Part shown: piece by piece, positions 57,749 to 64,000 of the stretch | Layout of the letters: each line of letters opens with the position of its first letter | How positions within the stretch are numbered: position 1 is the stretch's first letter | Source: Minisyncoccota bacterium | GTDB lineage: Bacteria; Patescibacteriota; Minisyncoccia; Phycocordibacterales; UBA918 | Length of the DNA: 64,000 nt | Assembly (NCBI GenBank): GCA_041688155.1 | Contig: JBDNIW010000012.1 | Span: 202-64,201, forward strand | Direction: 5' to 3' | The notes under the pieces: generated by a model | What the model was told of the DNA's origin: nothing | Database searches by the model: none | Seen by the model: the letters and a program-made list of their open reading frames with translations, nothing else | Translations under genes and position numbers: made by a program

Positions 57749-57792
57749 GCTATCGCGTGTTACGTAGCATGCTACGTAACACGCGATAGCGT
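57749..57792. repeat. 44-bp perfect palindrome (core GTTACGTAGCATGCTACGTAAC); a second copy of the core is at 61813-61840
   Basis: Self-complementary over 22 + 22 nt. Confidence 0.9.
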
Positions 57793-57812
57793 ACAAAAGT
57801 AACGGAAAAAAC

Positions 57813-57958
57813 ATGCATGAAGTCACCCGCACCGAGCAGCGTAGACTGTCAGTACTAATACCGGCCTACATCGCAAGAGAGCTGGGTATCCGCGAGCGCC
57901 AAAAGCCAGTCGTGCACCCTCAGGCTAAAAAATAGTTATAGAAGACTGGAAAGAGTAA
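57813..57958 (+). pseudogene. MazE/AbrB (SpoVT-AbrB)-type small ORF, copy 1, frameshifted in an A6 run
   Basis: MHEVTRTEQRRLSVLIPAYIARELGIRERQK.... Restoring one A yields ...KKIVIEDWKE*, matching copies 2 and 3. Confidence 0.55.
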
Positions 57959-58109
57959 CCCAGACGTTCTTCCGTATAAACAACTACAGTCAAACCTAGT
58001 CCACGTCCGACCAGTTACACACGTGGTGCAGGTTGAGTGTATGGAGGCTCAAAATGGTGGCTGACTCATTTTCATTAGGGTTTTCTGGAACGTTTGTTAT
58101 ATTACATGT

Positions 58110-58889
58110 ATGAATAAAACAGCCTTGATTACTGGAGCTAGTAGTGGCATCGGAGAACAATTGGCACGGATACACGCAGAGAAAGGTGGTGACCTGATTA
58201 TAGTCGCGCGCGGACTGGGCACACTGGAGGAATTGAAAAAAGAGTTGGAAGATACCTTCCAGGTGAACGTGTACGTGATTGAAAAAGATTTAGCCAAACC
58301 CAACGCTGCGCGAGAAGTGTACGAGCAGGTGCAGGCAGCTGGGCTGCAGGTAGACTACCTGGTCAATAACGCTGGCTTTGGTGGAATTGGAAAATTTCAC
58401 GAGCGTGAGCTCGACCGAGATCTGTCTATGCTCCACCTAAACATCGTGGCGTTGACTGCCTTGACTCATTATTTCCTGCAGGATTTTGTCGCAGCCAACG
58501 AAGGCAAAATCCTTAATGTGTCTTCCACCGCCAGCCTCATGCCTGGTCCTATGCAAGCGGTATATTACGCGACCAAGGCGTACGTAACTTCTTTTAGTAA
58601 CGCAATCGCGGAGGAGTTGCACGATACTAACATCACGGTGACCAACCTGATGCCGGGAGCAACTGAGACCCAGTTCGGCAAAATATCTGGCATGGATAAA
58701 ACGGTTCTATTCAAGACTACCGCCAGCGCCAGAAGCGTCGCTGAAGCTGGCTACAACGCAATGCTAGCCGGGAAATTGGACGTTATCGCCGGCGTCACAA
58801 CAGCCCAAAAACTCACCATGCGGCTGCTACCATTCTTGCCCAAAAAACTGCTTTTGAAACAGGTCAGACAAATGCAGGAAGTGGAGTAG
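58110..58889 (+). CDS. short-chain dehydrogenase/reductase (SDR)
   Basis: TGASSGIG cofactor motif, NNAG, YxxxK. Confidence 0.85.
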   Translation: MNKTALITGASSGIGEQLARIHAEKGGDLIIVARGLGTLEELKKELEDTFQVNVYVIEKDLAKPNAAREVYEQVQAAGLQVDYLVNNAGFGGIGKFHERELDRDLSMLHLNIVALTALTHYFLQDFVAANEGKILNVSSTASLMPGPMQAVYYATKAYVTSFSNAIAEELHDTNITVTNLMPGATETQFGKISGMDKTVLFKTTASARSVAEAGYNAMLAGKLDVIAGVTTAQKLTMRLLPFLPKKLLLKQVRQMQEVE

Positions 58890-58962
58890 AGATATCGTAT
58901 ATCTATAAATACAGAAGATCTTCAAGCTTTGCTTAGGCCTTGCCTAGGCGAAGCTTGAGGTT

Positions 58963-59592
58963 ATGGTGGTGACAAGAGAAAAAGAGAGTGTGTTTGAAAT
59001 AAATTACGAAGACAACCAGGAAAGCGGCGTTGCGACTACGGCGGTAATGAAAGAAATAAGTCTTGAATTGGCAAATTTAAACCCAGACGATGCATTGCTT
59101 GATTCTGCTATCACACAACTATATAAAGAGTCTGGTGTGGCCTCAAGTATATTCTGTGAACATTGTGATCTGACGCGACTCTATGTCTCACCATTTGGAG
59201 ATTTTATTTACTTTCGTCAACTTACTTATTCAAGTGCAACTAGGCCTGTTGTACGTTTTAATATATTGAGCGGAGTTTTAGATATTGTTGGTAACGTCAA
59301 TCCTAATTTTTCGTACGGAGAATCTTTTTCACCAGTTGGAAATAGATATTCAGATATTGACGAGGATTTTAAAACCATTTCAATTTATGACTACTATACA
59401 AATGAGTCGTCAGCTATAACAGTAGCCGCTGGTGAGTCTTTGGCAGCTGACCATTGTGGATATGGTGGTTTTGTGGCAAGTACAACCTGGATTTCAAACT
59501 CAATTTTAGAGTACGGCGTGTATGACATTGAAGTGGACGTAAATGACCGCTGCACTCCAAAGCTGGTCGATATCCGAAAACTTGAACTATAA
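58963..59592 (+). CDS. hypothetical protein (209 aa)
   Basis: ORF only. Confidence 0.35.
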   Translation: MVVTREKESVFEINYEDNQESGVATTAVMKEISLELANLNPDDALLDSAITQLYKESGVASSIFCEHCDLTRLYVSPFGDFIYFRQLTYSSATRPVVRFNILSGVLDIVGNVNPNFSYGESFSPVGNRYSDIDEDFKTISIYDYYTNESSAITVAAGESLAADHCGYGGFVASTTWISNSILEYGVYDIEVDVNDRCTPKLVDIRKLEL

Positions 59593-59675
59593 TTGATAAG
59601 GGGTCAGTTACACTTATCTCACTAAAAAGGTTACCTGAACCCATTATCCCCGGGTAGGGAAGCGTAGTCTGTCGG

Positions 59676-59783
59676 TGGTGATACCAGCTGACATTGCAAG
59701 AGAGCTGGGTATTCGTAAGCGCCAAAAGCTCGTCGTGCGCCGCTCAGGCCAAAAAATAATCATCGAAGACTGGAAAGAGTGAG
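59676..59783 (+). CDS. MazE/AbrB-type small ORF, copy 2 (...KRSLSVVIPADIARELGIRKRQKLVVRRSGQKIIIEDWKE*)
   Basis: Swapped-hairpin AbrB/MazE pattern (compare MazE VKRWGNSPAVRIPATL...DGKLIIEP). Start codon unclear (GTG?). Followed by a MAPD... stub. Confidence 0.5.
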
Positions 59784-59838
59784 TTGCACAATAATGGCTC
59801 CTGATTCCGGTTACTCATTAATTGCATAGAAAAAAGTA

Positions 59839-61731
59839 TTGTATAATAAATCAATAATATTAATTTTCACTATGTCTTTCACTAAAAATCTGTCGCTTGC
59901 TTTTATTATTATTCCTTTCGCATTGTTTTTTAGTTTTGCTCAAATTTCATCTGCGCAAACCGCCCCGTCTACACCCACAGATCTGACTCCTACCCCCGGC
60001 AGTACACAAGTCGACCTCACGTGGACTGCGCCAGCAGACGGTGGATCCGCTATTACCGACTACACAGTCGAGTATCAATCATCCAATGGAGTTATCTATG
60101 TTACAAATGCTGCCAACAATACCATCCTCAAATCTACCGACGGTGGAACAACCTGGACTGACACTACTAACGGTGGAGCGTTTAATTCTCCACGAGATCT
60201 CACCACTGATAGTGCAAACGCTATCTATGTTACAAATCTTAGCAACAACACCATCCTCAAATCCACCGACGGTGGAACAACCTGGACTGACGCTACTAAC
60301 GGTGGAGCGTTTAATAATCCAATAGGTATCACTACCGATAGTGCAAATAACATTTATGTTGCAAATGCTGACAACAACACCATCCTCAAATCCATCGACG
60401 GCGGAGCAAGTTGGACTGACACTACCAACGCTGGAGCGTTTAATGGTCCACGAGGCATCACCGTAGATAGTGCAAATAACATCTATGTTGCAAATGCTGA
60501 CAACAACACCATCCTCAAATCCATCGACGGCGGAGCAAGTTGGACTGACACCACCAACGGTGGAGTGTTTAGTACTCCAGCAAGCATCACCACTGATAGT
60601 GCAAACGCTATCTATGTTACAAATGCTGGCAACAACACCATCCTCAAATCCACCGATGGTGGAGCCAGTTGGACTGACACTACTAACGGTGGAGCGTTTA
60701 ATTCTCCAATAGGTATCACCACCGATAGTGCAAATAATATCTTTGTTGCAAATTTTAACAACAACACCATCCTCAAATCTACCGATGGTGGAGCGACCTG
60801 GACTAACACTACCAACGGTGGAGTGTTTGATAATCCAGCAGGCATGGCAGCTTCGAAGTGGCTCACGTTCTCTGATGGTACATCGACCACAGTTTCAGCA
60901 ACCGTTACAGGTCTCTCCAACGGCACTTCATACGATTTCCGAGTCAGAGCTATCAATGCCGTTGGTACTGGATTGCCGTCTGGTGTGGTAAGTTCGATTC
61001 CTGATATGGCACCTTCATTACTCTCATACACGTCTCCTAATGTCTATACAGTAGATGCGGTAATCACACCTCTTTCACCAACGGTGACAGGAACAGCGGT
61101 AAGTTATGTAGTTTCCCCAGCTCTTCCTACTGGGCTTTCTCTAGATGCAACCACAGGAATAATCAGTGGAACACCAACAGCTATTACAGGAGTGGCTACA
61201 TACACCGTCACTGTAACTAATATGGTTGGTAATACTACCTTTGACTTGGATATAACCGTTACTAATGCGCCTCGTAACAACAGCAGTTCTGGTGGATTTA
61301 GATATGGGTGTAAAGATACAAATGCAAGTAATTATAATGACCGTTCAAGACACAAGCAAAGTTTATGTGAGTATGAGCAAAAAATTGTAGATACAAATAC
61401 AAACTCTACCGATATTCTGGAGCAAATACGTGAACTACAGCAACTACTAGCCGAACTCCAAGCACAAGCCGAAGCAGTCGTTACAACAACTGCCGCAATC
61501 CCAGCAAACTGCAGCTTCACCCGTGACCTAACCACCGGTAGTAGTGGGCAAGACGTCACCCGCTTGCAGCAGTACCTCACCACCACCGGTGACTACACGT
61601 TCCCCGAAGGACCTACTGGCTACTTTGGATCAGTCACCGAACAAGCCGTGCAAAGCTGGCAGGCACGCAGCGGAATCCTACCAGCTGCCGGCTACTTTGG
61701 CCCAATCTCGCGCAGTGCTGTTACACAGTAG
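59839..61731 (+). CDS. secreted multi-domain protein: signal peptide; an Fn3 domain split by seven ~42-aa YVTN/NHL-type beta-propeller repeats; a putative Ig-like domain; a coiled coil; a C-terminal peptidoglycan-binding (PG_binding_1-like) domain
   Basis: Fn3 halves TPTDLTPTPGSTQVDLTWTAP...TDYTVEYQ and WLTFSDG...YDFRVRAINAVG. Repeats IYVTNAxNNTILKSTDGGxTWTD. The C-terminus DVTRLQQYLTTTGDY...GYFGP. Confidence 0.7.
   Translation: MYNKSIILIFTMSFTKNLSLAFIIIPFALFFSFAQISSAQTAPSTPTDLTPTPGSTQVDLTWTAPADGGSAITDYTVEYQSSNGVIYVTNAANNTILKSTDGGTTWTDTTNGGAFNSPRDLTTDSANAIYVTNLSNNTILKSTDGGTTWTDATNGGAFNNPIGITTDSANNIYVANADNNTILKSIDGGASWTDTTNAGAFNGPRGITVDSANNIYVANADNNTILKSIDGGASWTDTTNGGVFSTPASITTDSANAIYVTNAGNNTILKSTDGGASWTDTTNGGAFNSPIGITTDSANNIFVANFNNNTILKSTDGGATWTNTTNGGVFDNPAGMAASKWLTFSDGTSTTVSATVTGLSNGTSYDFRVRAINAVGTGLPSGVVSSIPDMAPSLLSYTSPNVYTVDAVITPLSPTVTGTAVSYVVSPALPTGLSLDATTGIISGTPTAITGVATYTVTVTNMVGNTTFDLDITVTNAPRNNSSSGGFRYGCKDTNASNYNDRSRHKQSLCEYEQKIVDTNTNSTDILEQIRELQQLLAELQAQAEAVVTTTAAIPANCSFTRDLTTGSSGQDVTRLQQYLTTTGDYTFPEGPTGYFGSVTEQAVQSWQARSGILPAAGYFGPISRSAVTQ
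60080..60840. repeat. seven tandem ~126-bp DNA repeats (encoding the beta-propeller blades)
   Basis: Near-identical nucleotide units, visible as repeating out-of-frame ORFs in the track. Confidence 0.85.
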
Positions 61732-61770
61732 AGTTAGAAATTAAGCTAAGAGAAATAAAAAAGACTAGCT

Positions 61771-61800
61771 TCAACGCTAGTCTTTTTAGTATGTTACGTA
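61771..61800 (+). terminator. hairpin aaaaagactagc-ttcaac-gctagtcttttt
   Basis: Perfect stem plus T-run after the large surface-protein gene. Confidence 0.75.
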
Positions 61801-61870
61801 GCATGCTACGTAACACGCTGCGCAGCATACTGAATTAGCGGAAAAACACCTTCGTACCGTAGCCTGCGCC

Positions 61871-61996
61871 TTGAAGCGTGGTCTATCGGTGATGATACCA
61901 GCAGACATTGCAAGAGAGCTGGGTATCAACGAGCGTCAAAAGCTCGTCGTGCGCCGCTCAGGCCAAAAGATAATCATTGAAGGCTGGAAAGGGTGA
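61871..61996 (+). CDS. MazE/AbrB-type small ORF, copy 3 (LKRGLSVMIPADIARELGINERQKLVVRRSGQKIIIEGWKG*)
   Basis: Same family as copies 1 and 2. Preceded by the GTTACGTAGCATGCTACGTAAC palindrome. TTG, GTG and ATG are all possible starts. Confidence 0.5.
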   Translation: MKRGLSVMIPADIARELGINERQKLVVRRSGQKIIIEGWKG

Positions 61997-62085
61997 GTTG
62001 AACAGAAATGGCTCCTGACCCCATTTATCTATTCGTTAGGAGTCTTAATTTGCTATTTTCATAGCATTTCTGCACAATTCTAAAT

Positions 62086-63003
62086 ATGAAACCCGAATTA
62101 CTAAAAAAGGTCGAATTATGGTTGAACACTTGGCGTAGCTTTTTATGGGGCTTAATAATATCTATAACAGTAGGATTGGTATATGAGTGGTCAAGTATCC
62201 TGGCGGTGCTAAAGAATTGGGAGACTTTGTTGGGTTCAATTATTGGGGCACTTCTCCCTGTGCTTGTTGCAATTCTGTGGAACCCAGCGGCTAATAGAAT
62301 TAAGAAATATGAAGCCCTTAAAGAATCTTTGAGAGAAATTGAAATTGATACCACTCAGATTATCAATGATATTTGTGACATTAGAAATATATATTTTGGT
62401 TTCATTAAAAATATACATGATCTGGTTGCGGTCTCAAAGAATGATGAAAAGATTGGCCCACTTTTATTTAATGCACCACCTAAGATTTACGTATATAAGA
62501 ATTCTCAATTACTAAAATACAAGACGGGTAGTATTTATTTACACAACACCTTAATTGGTCTAAATAAGTGGACGCTTCAGATTAATGCCGTTCTAGATAA
62601 TATTAGTGAAAACACGCTAGGTATTCAAAAGTCTTTTGGAGACAGATTCCATAAACTTCCTCACCCAGCCCTGCGTACTGATTTTAATGATATTAAGGAT
62701 AATTATAATATAGAACTTTTAAGGTTTGCAGATGAACTTTCCTCTATAGAGGAAACATTTGATAATGGCCTTGAGGCAGCGGTTATCGCAAAGGTGTGTG
62801 GTCAGAAAATGAATAATTGGAATAGGTCGTTCGTTTACTCGGTCTTCCTTAAACGTTTTGATTCGGAGTATCAAGCTTTTTTGAGTGCGGAGAAAAATTC
62901 GGATAGTGAACTTACTCTTAATCTGTATGAATCAGTTCAAACCTTAATTAAAGAAGATGTAGAAGCAATGATTAAAAAAATAGAAGCAGCAATGAAAGAT
63001 TAA
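62086..63003 (+). CDS. hypothetical protein (305 aa; N-terminal TM), AT-rich
   Basis: ORF only. Low-GC context. Confidence 0.4.
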   Translation: MKPELLKKVELWLNTWRSFLWGLIISITVGLVYEWSSILAVLKNWETLLGSIIGALLPVLVAILWNPAANRIKKYEALKESLREIEIDTTQIINDICDIRNIYFGFIKNIHDLVAVSKNDEKIGPLLFNAPPKIYVYKNSQLLKYKTGSIYLHNTLIGLNKWTLQINAVLDNISENTLGIQKSFGDRFHKLPHPALRTDFNDIKDNYNIELLRFADELSSIEETFDNGLEAAVIAKVCGQKMNNWNRSFVYSVFLKRFDSEYQAFLSAEKNSDSELTLNLYESVQTLIKEDVEAMIKKIEAAMKD

Positions 63004-63259
63004 TATTATTTACTTCTTCTTCTCGTTTAACTTCATTGATTCGCCTATCTTTGTCCTAGGTGAAGCAATGCATTATATTAAATCAGCAATATATAAACCA
63101 ATTACTGAACCTGCCGATGTTAGAATCATTGTTTTCCAAAACATATCCTTTCTGACCCAGCCCTTTTTATCCAGTGTATCTCTAAAGAAATAGGCTACCA
63201 CAATGATTATTATGAGGGGAAACAACATTCCTAGTAAAGATGCCATATAATATATTTAT

Positions 63260-63604
63260 TTAATAATCAAAACCTGTGTCTAGACTTAAACAGGCGTCTT
63301 GGTCTCCATCACTACATGCGTCCATTATTTTCCTCTCATTAATAGAGGAGTTTATGAAAAGGACTAACAATAGAGCACTTACTACAAATACAAGTAAATT
63401 TGTAAGCATCTGATTCTTATCTTCATCTAGTTCTTTGATCATTATATTAAACATGTATGCAGTAGCAACAGGTATGCCAAGATAATATGCGATACGCTCG
63501 ATTGTCTCGATAAGATTAATATCTATAAAAGTTAACAATAAAAATGTTGCCACGCCTATAGCAATCAAATTTTCAGTATCTATTCCAGTTTTAGCTTTTT
63601 CCAT
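63260..63604 (-). CDS. hypothetical small membrane protein
   Basis: 114 aa, two TM helices, AT-rich. Confidence 0.35.
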   Translation of the reverse strand: MEKAKTGIDTENLIAIGVATFLLLTFIDINLIETIERIAYYLGIPVATAYMFNIMIKELDEDKNQMLTNLLVFVVSALLLVLFINSSINERKIMDACSDGDQDACLSLDTGFDY

Positions 63605-63728
63605 AAAATAATTATAACAAAATTAGCGGAAGATAATGGGGAGGGGTTAATTAAAGCCTCAACCGCACAATAAAACATATCCACTAAGGTACGCTAGGAA
63701 TGTTAACAACCTAGTAACCAATAGTGGA

Positions 63729-64000
63729 TATGTATACACAGCATAAGTCTTTTAGACACATACGGCAAATAGAAAGGGAAAGAATCGAAGAATTAATCCA
63801 AGCCGGTCACACGCGAAAAGAACTAGCGGTTATTCTTGGTAGGCACCTCTCAACCATCACTCGAGAGATACAGAGAAACAGCAAAAATGATGGTTCATAC
63901 ACAGCTGCACACGCCCAAAAGAAAACGATGGAACGTCGATACACAGCCAAGGAATCATCAAGAAAAATAGAGAATAATCCAGAACTAGAAGCAGCTATCA
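63729..64000 (+). mobile_element. IS30-family transposase, N-terminal (HTH) part; truncated by the window end
   Basis: ...IEELIQAGHTRKELAVILGRHLSTITREIQRNS...YTAAHAQKK... matches the IS30 HTH_38 N-terminus (LGRxxSTIxRExxRN). Confidence 0.7.

Noticed and set aside
1-64000. CRISPR arrays or rRNA genes
   Set aside because: No regularly spaced short direct repeats with unique spacers were seen. No 16S, 23S or 5S-like sequence was seen either. All repeats found are tRNA/tmRNA-linked units, simple tandem repeats or coding repeats.

Overview
Summary: this window reads as a small, streamlined genome of Gram-positive-like or CPR/Saccharibacteria-like character, using the standard genetic code with TAA, TAG and TGA all acting as stops. 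Its backbone is the S10/spc ribosomal-protein cluster: rpsS-rplV-rpsC-rplP-rpmC-rpsQ-rplN-rplX-rplE, then rpsN-rpsH-rplF-rplR-rpsE-rplO-secY, then adk-map. This conserved cluster is interrupted twice. (a) A ~7.7 kb lower-GC island lies between rplE and rpsN. It encodes a HAL/PAL-family MIO ammonia-lyase, a PaaK-like adenylate-forming ligase, an Lnt-like (CN-hydrolase) N-acyltransferase, an ICMT-like membrane methyltransferase, and several secreted or membrane proteins. Together these look like a candidate, undescribed aromatic-acyl modification pathway. (b) Two tandem cytidylate-kinase-like paralogs sit on the opposite strand between secY and adk. Other content: ndk with insertions, a beta-CASP RNase, a YefM/RelE toxin-antitoxin pair with a palindromic operator, rplT-rpmI-infC, a two-component pair, a thermonuclease, and smpB with a complete tmRNA (ssrA) on the minus strand. 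Further on are ftsH, a MacAB-like ABC efflux system with its membrane-fusion protein, recG, malic enzyme, a zur-znuABC locus, and a heterodimeric ABC exporter pair. The window ends in an AT-rich segment closed by a partial IS30-family transposase. The RNA loci are structurally unusual. tmRNA and two type-II tRNAs are each followed by tandem MITE-like repeat units whose ends copy the 3' end of the adjacent RNA gene. An intact tRNA with an apparent UAU anticodon is followed by a diverged copy broken into four ordered pieces by three 75-95-nt inserts. Three paralogous cassettes (palindrome, a small MazE/AbrB-like ORF, then a truncated MAPD... stub) precede unrelated cargo genes in the 57.7-62.0 kb region. 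All calls rest on reading the ORF translations and the sequence by eye. No database searches were run.
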